A stretch of 36,251 nucleotides of DNA from an uncultured bacterium (GCA_964448115.1 CAYUVA010000045.1:1-36251), one strand, 5' to 3'; shown: positions 1-9,035, numbered from the stretch's first letter. A program made the numbers and translations. Notes: generated by a model not told the origin, from the letters alone.

Positions 1-2
1 TT

Positions 3-713
3 ATAGCCAAGCTGCTAGATCCGGTCGATGAGAGCGATCCCTTCAAGAAGGGCTGGGCGACATTTTATGTTCAGGCTCCGCCACCAGCTGTCTGGGGAGT
101 GCTCCATGATTTTATGTGCTGGCATTTAGAGTCCCCCGACTATCCAGAGAAGACCTTCATGCCCTTTGTGAGAGACGGCGCTGTCTGCTGGAGGGATGGC
201 AAGATGTATCTTTTCCAGCTACTCGACTTTCCCATCGTCTCTGACAGGGCTTACACTCTAGTCATGGGCGAGGAGCGCAGTTGTTTCCCCTGGGAGTCAT
301 ATTGGCATCCAGATCCTGATATTAGTTGCAGTGAACATGGCAATCCCAAGCTGCGTGAGATGTTCGAGAAGGCTGTCAAGCTCACCGATGTAAATACCGG
401 CTGTTGGCTTCTGAAGCCCCCCAGTGCCACTTTCCTTAAACGGAAAATGAGCCTGGATTGGACTATTGCCGAGTACTATGTTGATACCAATCCTGGAGGC
501 AAGATTCCTGCCTGGATCGCCAACCTGGCTCAGAGCAAGGCGATCCCGGCGGTCTGCGAGTCGGTGAAGCATCATAGCGAAAACTGGGAGAAGCATCTCA
601 AGGAACAGCATGCAAAAGAGGAATTGACTGAGTATCTCAAGGCAAAGCAAAGATATTACCAGGGGATCAAACGATACTATGAGTCCATCGGCAAGCCGCT
701 AACCTTCGAGTAA
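3..713 (+). CDS. START/SRPBCC-like lipid-binding domain protein, 5'-truncated at window edge
   Basis: Frame is open from position 3 (IAKLLDPVDE...ATFYVQAPPPAVWGVLHD), upstream of the ORF-track start at 99. START-like motifs FPIVSDRAY, NTGCWLL, YYVDTNPGGKIPAWIAN. Confidence 0.75.
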   Translation: MAKLLDPVDESDPFKKGWATFYVQAPPPAVWGVLHDFMCWHLESPDYPEKTFMPFVRDGAVCWRDGKMYLFQLLDFPIVSDRAYTLVMGEERSCFPWESYWHPDPDISCSEHGNPKLREMFEKAVKLTDVNTGCWLLKPPSATFLKRKMSLDWTIAEYYVDTNPGGKIPAWIANLAQSKAIPAVCESVKHHSENWEKHLKEQHAKEELTEYLKAKQRYYQGIKRYYESIGKPLTFE

Positions 714-715
714 TA

Positions 716-1714
716 ATGGTGTCGGATAATCATGATCCAAAGCTACGGTTTATCTTTAGCCTTGTTATCCTATTATGCCTGCTCACCGTAGGTCTTACGC
801 TTGCCATGTGGGAGCGATCATATCTACCCAATAAGGAATGCACAGTCTTTGTCGCCCTGGATCGGGATCTTAGGCTGCTTGTTGCAGGCACAGATGATCA
901 GGGGCTATTTGTCAGCTCGAATGGTGGTGCAACATGGGCGCAACCGCTTGACATCAGACGAGTTAACTCGATCCATTACCATGCAACCGAGGACACGGTT
1001 TATCTTTGCAGCCCGGAGGGTTTATATACGAGCAGCGATAATGGCTGGACTTGGAAGCAAAGAGCCTCTGAGGAGACGGTCGGCGATCTGCTTGGATTGG
1101 TATTTGATTCCAAGGATTCCAAGACCCTCTGGGGCTACTCCTACGGTAATGGGATACTATGCAGCTCCGATAGTGGTGCCAACTGGAGAACCTATAATCA
1201 GGAACTTGGTGCAGGTAAAGAGAGTTTCGTGGTTGCCTTGGCTCAGGAACCTGAATACGGCGATGTTATGCTCTGCGTAGTAAATGACTTGGCAGAACTA
1301 AGCAAAGGAACTATCTATAGAAGCAGTAATCATGGCAATAATTGGAGTATGGTCGATCTCAATTACGGTTTCATCTTGCCTACTGCTATTGCATTTTCAC
1401 CAGTCGAGGCAGGGAGATGTGTAGCTAGCGGATTCGGCTCTGGTCTGTTGGAAAGCAGCAATTACGGCATACACTGGACGAAGGTTTCCTTGATGCATGA
1501 ACAGGAAAATATCAGCGATATAGCCTTCGGGTTAAACGGGGAGACTCTCTTGGCAATCCCTAAGGCAGGCATACTAGCATGTTACGATGGCTCAGCGACC
1601 TGGATAGTAAATGATAAGGGACTATCTGGTATTCAACCATCCTTCATTGTCATCTCTCAGGGCAGGATCTTTGTGGGATCAATCGAGGGAGGGGTTTACC
1701 TGTTAAAGGAATAG
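716..1714 (+). CDS. Membrane-anchored BNR/Asp-box repeat beta-propeller protein
   Basis: N-terminal hydrophobic helix. Repeated Asp-boxes SSNGGATW, SSDNGWTW, SSDSGANW, SSNHGNNW, SSNYGIHW. Confidence 0.8.
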   Translation: MVSDNHDPKLRFIFSLVILLCLLTVGLTLAMWERSYLPNKECTVFVALDRDLRLLVAGTDDQGLFVSSNGGATWAQPLDIRRVNSIHYHATEDTVYLCSPEGLYTSSDNGWTWKQRASEETVGDLLGLVFDSKDSKTLWGYSYGNGILCSSDSGANWRTYNQELGAGKESFVVALAQEPEYGDVMLCVVNDLAELSKGTIYRSSNHGNNWSMVDLNYGFILPTAIAFSPVEAGRCVASGFGSGLLESSNYGIHWTKVSLMHEQENISDIAFGLNGETLLAIPKAGILACYDGSATWIVNDKGLSGIQPSFIVISQGRIFVGSIEGGVYLLKE

Positions 1715-1866
1715 CACAGATCATTCACCTGGTCATGCTACTTGAATCTTCGGTTTGATCGGGTTTATGATGCAAGAAAAGCTCGCAGATCGTTGGGTCG
1801 CTCGATATAATCAAGGTGTCAAATATAATACCCACTAGGTGGTATTATGACACGGACTTTCGGACC

Positions 1867-1962
1867 AAATTTCAAGCTCCAATAAAGCGTCTTCGCTTTT
1901 TGCTTTTGAATGTTTGCTGCCTGGTTGTGCAAAGTGGCGGAAGTCTGCTGATGAAGATTTCC
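1867..1962 (+). pseudogene. Probable IS1380-family transposase C-terminal remnant
   Basis: Frame +1 reads KFQAPIKRLRFLLLNVCCLVVQSGGSLLMKIS, resembling the KxLRFxLxNxxGxVVxxxRxxxLKL tail of IS1380 transposases. No catalytic domain present. Confidence 0.4.
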
Positions 1963-1991
1963 TGCCGAGGATTTGGGGTCTCAAATGATTG

Positions 1992-2020
1992 TTGACAAGA
2001 AGATATAAAAGCACTATATT
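1992..2020 (+). promoter_or_regulatory. sigma70-type promoter of tRNA-Met
   Basis: TTGACA (1992-1997), 17-nt spacer, TATATT (2015-2020), 7 nt before the tRNA. Confidence 0.75.
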
Positions 2021-2027
2021 ACACTAT

Positions 2028-2101
2028 CGCGGGGTGGGGCAGTCAGGTAGCCCGTTGGGCTCATAACCCAAAGGTCGTTGGTTCGAATCCAACCCCCGCT
2101 A
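2028..2101 (+). tRNA. Initiator tRNA-fMet (CAT), CCA not encoded
   Basis: Cloverleaf: acceptor CGCGGGG/CCCCGCT with C1 mismatch; D stem GGGC/GCCC; anticodon arm TTGGG-CTCATAA-CCCAA with three consecutive G-C pairs; T arm GTTGG-TTCGAAT-CCAAC; discriminator A followed by TTT. Confidence 0.97.
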
Positions 2102-2159
2102 TTTTTATTTTGCGAGGGTATCAAAACTATGAAATCACAATAATAGATGAGCGGGTGTA

Positions 2160-2963
2160 ATGGATCGATTCATTTATTTATCCATGGCGACCTTCCTGGA
2201 GCTGCTTAAAAAGAAGGTATTTCTAGCCATATCGATTGTGATCACGCTGCTTGTACTCTATTTCGTCAATCTAATGCTCTCTTCTAAGCAGTTAGAGGCT
2301 ACTCGATTATTGCCCGATGCCAAAGAAGCGATGTACAATTTCGCTGCCTATGCATTCATCATCGCCCAAGCGGTAGGTGTTATCATCGCGCTGGTGCTTT
2401 TTAGCGTCATCATCCCCTCGGAGCGCAAGGCAAGAACCCATCTGCCGATACTGGCAAAGCCTATAAGCAGGGGAACATTCATCCTGGCAAAGTTCACCGG
2501 CGCACAGTTGATGCTACTTTGCTTTTGGCTGCTGGTGAGTTTTATCACTAGTCTTTTCCTGGTGCATGTAGAGGGGAAGGTACCTCAAGCATTCAAACAA
2601 GCCTTTATTTTGGGATACCTCAAGATATTGCTGATAAGCAGCATAGCCTACTTGTTCTCTGTATTCTTGCCAGCGATCATCTCCGGGCTTTTTGCCTACC
2701 TTTGTTACAAGGGCTACCAGGTTATCTTATTTTTCTTAAGTAATGATGAAGGGGGATTTATTGTCTCGTTAGGTCGCATCATCTCTCAAGGATTGATCTA
2801 CCTTTTTCCCTCATTCAACCTGCTTGATATGAATCAGAACCTGCCGGTGGGGCACAGCATCATTGCCAGCCAGTTTTGGCTGATAGCAGCACACGGTCTG
2901 CTGCTTTCGTTCGTTTACCTGTCAGGCGCGGTCTATATCTTCAGCAAAAAAGACCTGATATAA
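2160..2963 (+). CDS. ABC-2-type exporter permease
   Basis: About 6 TM helices. Motif ERKARTHLPILAKPISRGTFILAKF; C-terminal FSKKDL. Confidence 0.85.
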   Translation: MDRFIYLSMATFLELLKKKVFLAISIVITLLVLYFVNLMLSSKQLEATRLLPDAKEAMYNFAAYAFIIAQAVGVIIALVLFSVIIPSERKARTHLPILAKPISRGTFILAKFTGAQLMLLCFWLLVSFITSLFLVHVEGKVPQAFKQAFILGYLKILLISSIAYLFSVFLPAIISGLFAYLCYKGYQVILFFLSNDEGGFIVSLGRIISQGLIYLFPSFNLLDMNQNLPVGHSIIASQFWLIAAHGLLLSFVYLSGAVYIFSKKDLI

Positions 2964-2969
2964 TCGACG

Positions 2970-4103
2970 CTAAAGCAGATCTATATATTTGAATGGCAAC
3001 AGATGTCCCATGTTGTCCTTCAGGATTATGCCCACTTCGGATCCGATCTGCAGCAGCCCGTGTTTAACTCCCATCTGTTCGCTTATTATGGTTTTATCTT
3101 GGAAATCGATGTAATACGATACGATCGCTCCAAGATATGAAACATAAGCAATCTTGCCCTTTATCGCCTTTTTCTCTGATGGATCTGCGATCTCTATTGA
3201 TTCTGGCCTGGTAACTAGCACTGCCTTGTCGCCGGGCTTCAAAGAAGGATGGAAGCTGCTAAGCGAGATGGTTTTTTCCATAAGGTCGATCGTAGCTCGC
3301 CCATCATCCATCGACCTTACAGTGCAATCGATAAAATTTGCCTTGCCTATGAAGTCAGCGACGAAGATGCTTTGAGGTTTCAGGTAGATATCCTTAGGAT
3401 TGCCGATTTGCTCGATGCGTCCCTGGTTCATTATCACCACCCGATCCGATATGGTCAGCGCTTCCTCCTGGTCATGGGTTACATAGATGCTGGTTATCAT
3501 AAGCTCCTTTTGCAACCGTTTTATCTCCTGTCTCATCTGTACCCTCATCTTTGCGTCCAGGTTGGAGAGCGGCTCGTCGAAGAGAAGCACCTTGGGTTTG
3601 TTCACCAGCGCCCTGGCAAGCGCTACTCGCTGCTGTTGACCGCCGGATAACTGGTTGGGATTGCGATCACCGAGTCCAGCAAGCCCGATCAGTTCGAGGA
3701 TCTCGTTTACCGTCTTGTTTATCTCAGCCCTTGGATAATTACGGATGCGCAGTCCATAGGCGATGTTATCAAAGACATTGTAATGCGGGAAAAGTGCATA
3801 GCTTTGGAATACCATGCATGTCTCACGGCGATTGGGGGGCATCTTGTTGACCATGACATCGCCGATGTAGATCTCCCCGCTGGTTGGCTCCTCGAAGCCT
3901 GCAATCATGCGTAAAGTGGTGGTTTTCCCGCAGCCAGAGGGACCCAGTAGGGTCACCAACTCACCCTTTTTAACCTCTAAATTTATCTTATCGACTGCCT
4001 TTACGAGCCCTTCCTTTGCATCGCGACTAGGGAAGTGTTTACTGAGGTCTTTTAAGGTAACCGACCTGGTCTCAAGATGTTTGAAGTCGTCAGCCTTTGG
4101 CAT
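2970..4103 (-). CDS. ABC importer ATP-binding subunit, PotA/FbpC-like with TOBE domain
   Basis: Walker A GPSGCGKT, Q-loop VFQSYALFPH, signature LSGGQQQR, Walker B LLFDEP, YVTHDQEEA, FVADFIG. Confidence 0.93.
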   Translation of the reverse strand: MPKADDFKHLETRSVTLKDLSKHFPSRDAKEGLVKAVDKINLEVKKGELVTLLGPSGCGKTTTLRMIAGFEEPTSGEIYIGDVMVNKMPPNRRETCMVFQSYALFPHYNVFDNIAYGLRIRNYPRAEINKTVNEILELIGLAGLGDRNPNQLSGGQQQRVALARALVNKPKVLLFDEPLSNLDAKMRVQMRQEIKRLQKELMITSIYVTHDQEEALTISDRVVIMNQGRIEQIGNPKDIYLKPQSIFVADFIGKANFIDCTVRSMDDGRATIDLMEKTISLSSFHPSLKPGDKAVLVTRPESIEIADPSEKKAIKGKIAYVSYLGAIVSYYIDFQDKTIISEQMGVKHGLLQIGSEVGIILKDNMGHLLPFKYIDLL

Positions 4104-4445
4104 TTATCCTTCCGCTTCGGATATTTATCTTATTCGTTTGTAGGTCTATTTTATGTAAATCGAGATTCATTTTCAATCATTGATTTTCACCCTAAATTCT
4201 CGGCTTGGATTTTGCATGGCAAGATTCTTATGGAAATATATACCCTCTGCGACTCAAAATGAGCCTGAACACTCAAACCAAACAGAAAATATGTTTAATT
4301 TATGCCTCATAACCAGAAGGAACCTTAGGTTACTTACCTATAAAGATAGCACACTTTCGCACATCATAATTTCCATGCCTTCCGAATAGGTGGGGCTGGG
4401 GGCTGCTCTTGACATAAGACTTGTTTCGCCAACGGGCATCTCCAT

Positions 4446-4494
4446 GTCATTGCCGCCCTGCATCAAGTGCGAGGTAAACTCCGGCGGGAATGAC
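4446..4494. repeat. REP-like inverted repeat (GTCATTCCCGC family)
   Basis: GTCATTGCCGCC (4446-4457) pairs with GGCGGGAATGAC (4483-4494) with one mismatch. Same core as the repeat at 36098-36165. Confidence 0.55.
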
Positions 4495-4512
4495 AAAAAC
4501 ATTATTCTTTAA

Positions 4513-4623
4513 TATCAACGAGTTAATCTAAATAGATTAATTAGCACCCCTCGTTTCGGGCTTTTAAACTTGAGTCCGTTGATGTAGATTTGGAGAAAAA
4601 CGACCTAAAAAATCAAATAGTTA
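4513..4623 (+). promoter_or_regulatory. Two IHF-consensus sites
   Basis: TATCAACGAGTTA (4513-4525) and AATCAAATAGTTA (4611-4623) both match WATCAANNNNTTR, in an AT-rich intergenic region. Confidence 0.4.
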
Positions 4624-4630
4624 AATCATA

Positions 4631-4646
4631 TGTTCCACATGGAACA
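4631..4646. promoter_or_regulatory. parS-like chromosome partition site
   Basis: TGTTCCACATGGAACA is one central mismatch from TGTTNCACGTGNAACA. Intergenic; mnmG lies about 12 kb away. Confidence 0.65.
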
Positions 4647-4959
4647 TTAATTCTTTATTTGACAAAGCCTTTATTTGCAAGATCGAGCTTTTAAAAATGG
4701 CAGTGGCACTTGGATCCTCAAAATATACCCCTATGAATATTGGCTTGAAGGGGTGGTTCATAAGCCCTATTCTTATAATTATTGCTGAAAAACAACCAAG
4801 CGATCAACAATTTTAAAAATAATTGTGCTATTTAATCCCGATTCTGTGTAAAGAAGTCAAGATCGAGCCGTGTATCTGGGGATTTCCTAGGTGCTTGAAT
4901 TTTAGAGGAAATTGTGGATAGATCGCTGATGAACACTAGAAACAACCAGGAGACATAGG

Positions 4960-6072
4960 ATGGAATATCTCGATAGGGTTAAGGAAGTGCTCGATTACTC
5001 GATGTGGGGGATCTCGCTGTATCAGTTCATTCTTGCCTTTATCATCATCCTTATCACCCTGATCTTCAGGCGTTTGGTGATCCAGGTCTCTATTGACTGG
5101 CTCAAGAAACGGGCGGCTAAAAGCAAGGTCAGATTCGATGAAAAAGCGCTATGGGTGATCGAGAAGCCGATCCGGCTTATGGTTTTCATCATAGGCATGT
5201 ACCTTGCAGTCATCACCCTGAATCCGCCGGTGGAGCCGGTTAACTTCCGCAAGTTCTTCGATGCGCTACTCAAGACGCTAATCTCTCTATCTATCGCCTG
5301 GGTTATGATACGGCTAACCGAGGTGGTCAAGGAATACTTCCAGGAGCGCGCTCAGCAGCGAGATGACAAGCTAATGTTCCAGTTGACCGCTATCGTAGCC
5401 AAGACGACCAAGATCTTCATCGGCATTGTATTTCTTATCCTGATAATACAGAATCTCGGCTACTCGGTCTCCAGCCTTCTAGCAGGTCTTGGTATAGGTG
5501 GTCTGGCAGTTGCACTGGCAGCTAAGGATACCCTGGGCAACTTTTTTGGCACCGTAACCATTTTCTTGGATCGTCCTTTTATCATTGGGGATTGGATAAT
5601 CACTGATGGCGTAGAGGGGAATGTGGAGAGCATCGGATTTCGTTCTACAAAGATAAGAACCTTTGCGAGATCGCTGGTCACCATCCCCAACAACATCATG
5701 GCGAACCTTAAAGTTGAAAACATGTCCAAGCGCCCCATGCAAAGGGTTTATATGACCATCGGGGTAACTTATGATACTCCACCTGACAAGATGGAGAAAG
5801 GATTGGCTGCTATCAGGGAGATCATCGGTGGTCATCCCCATGTGCACAAGGATTACTACCAGATTTACTTTACCGGGTTCGGCGCTTCCAGCCTTGATAT
5901 CATGCTATACTATTTTATCGAGCTTCCAACATGGGCGGAGTTTCTCAAGGTCAGGGAACAGATAAACCTGTCAATAATGCGGGCGCTGGCTGAACTAGGC
6001 ATAGAATTCGCATTCCCGACCCAGACGATATATCTTAAGGACATGCATAAGACTGGATGTAACGAGTCATAA
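4960..6072 (+). CDS. Small-conductance mechanosensitive channel (MscS family)
   Basis: GLGIGGLAVALAAKDTLGNFFG, DRPFIIGDWI, IGFRSTKIRT, GIEFAFPTQT. RBS AGGAG. Confidence 0.95.
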   Translation: MEYLDRVKEVLDYSMWGISLYQFILAFIIILITLIFRRLVIQVSIDWLKKRAAKSKVRFDEKALWVIEKPIRLMVFIIGMYLAVITLNPPVEPVNFRKFFDALLKTLISLSIAWVMIRLTEVVKEYFQERAQQRDDKLMFQLTAIVAKTTKIFIGIVFLILIIQNLGYSVSSLLAGLGIGGLAVALAAKDTLGNFFGTVTIFLDRPFIIGDWIITDGVEGNVESIGFRSTKIRTFARSLVTIPNNIMANLKVENMSKRPMQRVYMTIGVTYDTPPDKMEKGLAAIREIIGGHPHVHKDYYQIYFTGFGASSLDIMLYYFIELPTWAEFLKVREQINLSIMRALAELGIEFAFPTQTIYLKDMHKTGCNES

Positions 6073-6104
6073 ACTAGTCTGTAAATCAAAAAGGCGATCA
6101 ATCC

Positions 6105-6133
6105 TTGACATGAATGATAAAATTCAATAACAT
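6105..6133 (+). promoter_or_regulatory. sigma70-type promoter for 6242..7984
   Basis: TTGACA (6105-6110), 17-nt spacer, TAACAT (6128-6133). Confidence 0.6.
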
Positions 6134-6241
6134 TAAATTTTTAGAGTGTTAGTTACGGAGTTAAAACTCCAGATGGAAGGAAAAATGGGCTTTAAGAATA
6201 GGAAGGAAAAAAGAGCCTAAACCGAACAAGGAGAAGAGTTT

Positions 6242-7984
6242 ATGAACAAAGCTGTCCTATTGGTCATGATGCTGTTGCTGGGACTTGCCTCTTTTGCAGT
6301 GGCGGTGGACCTGCCGGTGTTACCCACCGGAGCATGGTACGACATGGAGGAGACCTACGAAGCCACCATTACCGCCGAGGAGGTAACCGGCGAGCTTACA
6401 ATTGTAGGTAACACTCATTACGAGGTCATGGGCACTACCGAGGTTGTCCAGGATCACTCAAGCGGTGGCACCTACGAGTGCTATGTCATCGAGTTCAGTG
6501 GCACCTTCAATGCCACCGGCGAGATCCACTACGAGACGATCGATGGACCGATAAGAGTACAGGATGGAAGCCTCTCTGGTCATGTTTATCTTCGGGTCTC
6601 AGACTTTGCTACTGTCAAGAAGCACCGTAATATTCAAGGACAGGTGGAGCTAGAGGCGTCTCCTGGTTATTGGATCACGGTGATCAACAACCTGGGGGCG
6701 GATCAGTACGAGGAGTACATTCCACCATTGCAGGATGCACAGTGGCCACTCGAAGTGGGCAACTCATGGTCTCAAGATCCCATGATACCTTACTTCTACG
6801 GTACCTTCGTGGCTGAGCCGCTGGTAACCCCTGGTGCATTCGATTTCCAGGAGACCTGGGCGGTTGACATGGAGTGCGATGTTCAAGAGCCAATCGGTGA
6901 TTGCCTAACCTACCACATCCTTGAGGAGACCTCGGGCGGAACCGTCAATCCGGTGCAGGATTTCTGGTACTGCGATGATATGAAGTTCTATGCCAAGCAG
7001 GAGTTATCCAACCTGTGGCTGGCAGGTGCAGGACAGATCGACTTCGCGCAGCTTAGAGTTACTGACTATGAGCTTCCTGGCGATACTCCAACCCCGACCC
7101 CGACAGTTCCCGCCGATACCCCAACCCCGACGCCGACAGTTCCAGGCGATACCCCAACGCCGACCCCGACCGTGCCTGGTGACACCCCAACTCCGACTCC
7201 GTCCCCGACCATCCCTGGGGAGAACAATCCTCCGCAGGTATTGCTGGCTGGATACTGGACCACCTACCTCGACTCGGTTAATGGCGGCAACATGACCCTG
7301 CTCGCCTTCATTACCGACCCGGATGGCGATGCGATTGCCAGCGTTGATATACTGTTCCAGGGCGCAGCGACCGGCTTGACCATGCTCGATGATGGCAGCC
7401 AGGGAGATTTCGGCGCCGGCGATTCCATCTTTGGCATCACTTTACCTATCCCTGGTGGGGTTCCACCGCTTCAGGCTGCTCTTGAGATTCAGGCTACGGA
7501 TGGAAAAGGCGCACAAAGCGATCTGTGGCCTTACCTCAATGTCGAGGCTCCAAGCCAGAGCGCACCAAGGAGCATTATGCTTGCAAAAGACCACGACATA
7601 GACTGGAGCCGCATCAATCTACAAACCATACTCAACGGCGTGGATCCCACTCCTAAAGGTCCCAACGGTCCATTCATCGCCCTAGGTGGATATTGGACAA
7701 CGGATCTTGTTGTTGGGCAGGCTGGGGATCTAACCTTGATAGTCTATGTAATGCCTTACGCACCTGGGATCGCCTCAGTTGAGCTGTACTTTGGTGGCGT
7801 TTCAACTGGCGTGCCCTTGTTGGATAACGGCACTTCTGGCGATTTCGGTCCAGGGGATGGAATCTATGGTTTCCATGCGCCTGGTGTAGTTCTCGATACG
7901 CCATTGCAGTTGATCCTTGAGGTGGTGGCTACTGGCAATGACAGCGCGACCAGTGATATGTGGCCCTACCTGGTGATCAACTAG
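6242..7984 (+). CDS. Secreted acidic surface protein: beta-rich N-domain, PT linker, two tandem C-terminal 'WPYL' domains with choice-of-anchor-X-like DDG/GD loops
   Basis: Sec signal peptide (MNKAVLLVMMLLLGLASFAVA). WPLEVGNSW motif; (PGDTPTPTPTV)x4. Duplicated domain containing LDDGSQGDFGAGDSIFG and LDNGTSGDFGPGDGIYG. RBS AAGGAG, own promoter and terminator. Confidence 0.75.
   Translation: MNKAVLLVMMLLLGLASFAVAVDLPVLPTGAWYDMEETYEATITAEEVTGELTIVGNTHYEVMGTTEVVQDHSSGGTYECYVIEFSGTFNATGEIHYETIDGPIRVQDGSLSGHVYLRVSDFATVKKHRNIQGQVELEASPGYWITVINNLGADQYEEYIPPLQDAQWPLEVGNSWSQDPMIPYFYGTFVAEPLVTPGAFDFQETWAVDMECDVQEPIGDCLTYHILEETSGGTVNPVQDFWYCDDMKFYAKQELSNLWLAGAGQIDFAQLRVTDYELPGDTPTPTPTVPADTPTPTPTVPGDTPTPTPTVPGDTPTPTPSPTIPGENNPPQVLLAGYWTTYLDSVNGGNMTLLAFITDPDGDAIASVDILFQGAATGLTMLDDGSQGDFGAGDSIFGITLPIPGGVPPLQAALEIQATDGKGAQSDLWPYLNVEAPSQSAPRSIMLAKDHDIDWSRINLQTILNGVDPTPKGPNGPFIALGGYWTTDLVVGQAGDLTLIVYVMPYAPGIASVELYFGGVSTGVPLLDNGTSGDFGPGDGIYGFHAPGVVLDTPLQLILEVVATGNDSATSDMWPYLVIN
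7076..7219 (+). repeat. 33-bp in-frame tandem repeat, about 4 copies (PGDTPTPTPTV)
   Basis: Units start at 7076, 7109, 7142 and 7175 and differ mostly at synonymous positions. Confidence 0.9.
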
Positions 7985-8011
7985 AGATAGTCTCAGGTTA
8001 AGATAATTCGT

Positions 8012-8044
8012 GGGGCGGTTTTACCAAAAAGCCGCCCCCTTTTT
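8012..8044 (+). terminator. Rho-independent terminator
   Basis: GGGGCGGTTTT-loop-AAAGCCGCCCC followed by a T run, 27 nt after the stop codon. Confidence 0.85.
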
Positions 8045-8049
8045 ATTAC

Positions 8050-9015
8050 TTGGATATGTGTCGCAGCTTAGCGGATGAAAATCGGTTAGTGAGCGTGATT
8101 ATTCCTGCATTCAATGCTGCCAAGACCATTGTCGCCTCCATTGAGTCAGTGCTGGCTCAGACTTATAGAGACCTTGAGATTATTGTGGTAGATGATGGCA
8201 GCACCGATGGCACAGCCAAGGTTATCGAGCAAAGATTCGATGATCCCCGCCTTAAATTGATCGCTCAGACCAATGCGGGTCCAGCGGCAGCGAGAAATCG
8301 CGGGATAAGCGCTTCAAATGGTTATTACCTGGCATTTCTCGATAGCGATGACACTTATGCACCAGGGAAAATCACCAGGCAGGTTCAGCTACTTAGCGAG
8401 CGCCCGGATGTCGATGTTTGTTACACCGGCTACTGGATGATTCTGCCTGGTGGGAGGCGGATGCTCGGCACACAGCGCCCCAACTTCAAGCGAGGGGATA
8501 TATTCAAGGCGCTGCTCTTCGAGTCATTCATTCATGTGCCGACCATCATGGCAAAAAAACAGGATATCATCGATGCTGGAGGCTACTGGGAGCGGGTAAC
8601 CCTCGGCGATGACTGGTGGCTGATGCTAAGCCTAGCTCAGGACAAGAGATTCGACTATATAGATGAGCCTTTATACAACTATACGGTGAGCAAAAGCAGC
8701 TTGACCTCAAATGCGCAAGTAAAAGCCAAGGGACTGATCTTGGTCCTCGATGACATTCTTGAGAACAAACGGTTCTATCGAGCAAAGGAGCTGTCTGGCT
8801 CGGATATACGGAAAGCCTATGCCTATCTATATAGAAGGATAGCAGAGAATTTTTATTCTGCCGAGGATTATACTGCTGCGGCGCTCTACTACCAAAGAGC
8901 GATCAGCAAAGCACCTCGTATCATATTCGACCGCCAACGATCTACCCTAGCCATCAAGATATTGATTAGGGCAATAACAAGATCTCTCAAGCAATCAGTT
9001 AATATATTCTTTTGA
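8050..9015 (+). CDS. Family 2 glycosyltransferase with TPR-like C-terminal helices (start uncertain, 8050 or 8056)
   Basis: VSVIIPAFN, VVDDGSTD, NAGPAAARNRG, AFLDSDD, GDDWW. C-terminal AALYYQRAISKAP. Confidence 0.92.
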   Translation: MDMCRSLADENRLVSVIIPAFNAAKTIVASIESVLAQTYRDLEIIVVDDGSTDGTAKVIEQRFDDPRLKLIAQTNAGPAAARNRGISASNGYYLAFLDSDDTYAPGKITRQVQLLSERPDVDVCYTGYWMILPGGRRMLGTQRPNFKRGDIFKALLFESFIHVPTIMAKKQDIIDAGGYWERVTLGDDWWLMLSLAQDKRFDYIDEPLYNYTVSKSSLTSNAQVKAKGLILVLDDILENKRFYRAKELSGSDIRKAYAYLYRRIAENFYSAEDYTAAALYYQRAISKAPRIIFDRQRSTLAIKILIRAITRSLKQSVNIFF

Positions 9016-9035
9016 GTCTTGTGAGATCGGTCTTG

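Noticed and set aside
2028-2160. Genomic island integrated at tRNA-Met
   Set aside because: No integrase, and I saw no duplicated tRNA 3' end in the window.
4104-4959. oriC
   Set aside because: Only one imperfect DnaA box was found, with no box cluster and no dnaA/dnaN adjacent.
7076-7219. 33-bp repeats as CRISPR or DGR repeats
   Set aside because: In-frame tandem coding repeats without spacers. Variation is mostly synonymous rather than adenine-specific, and no reverse transcriptase is present.
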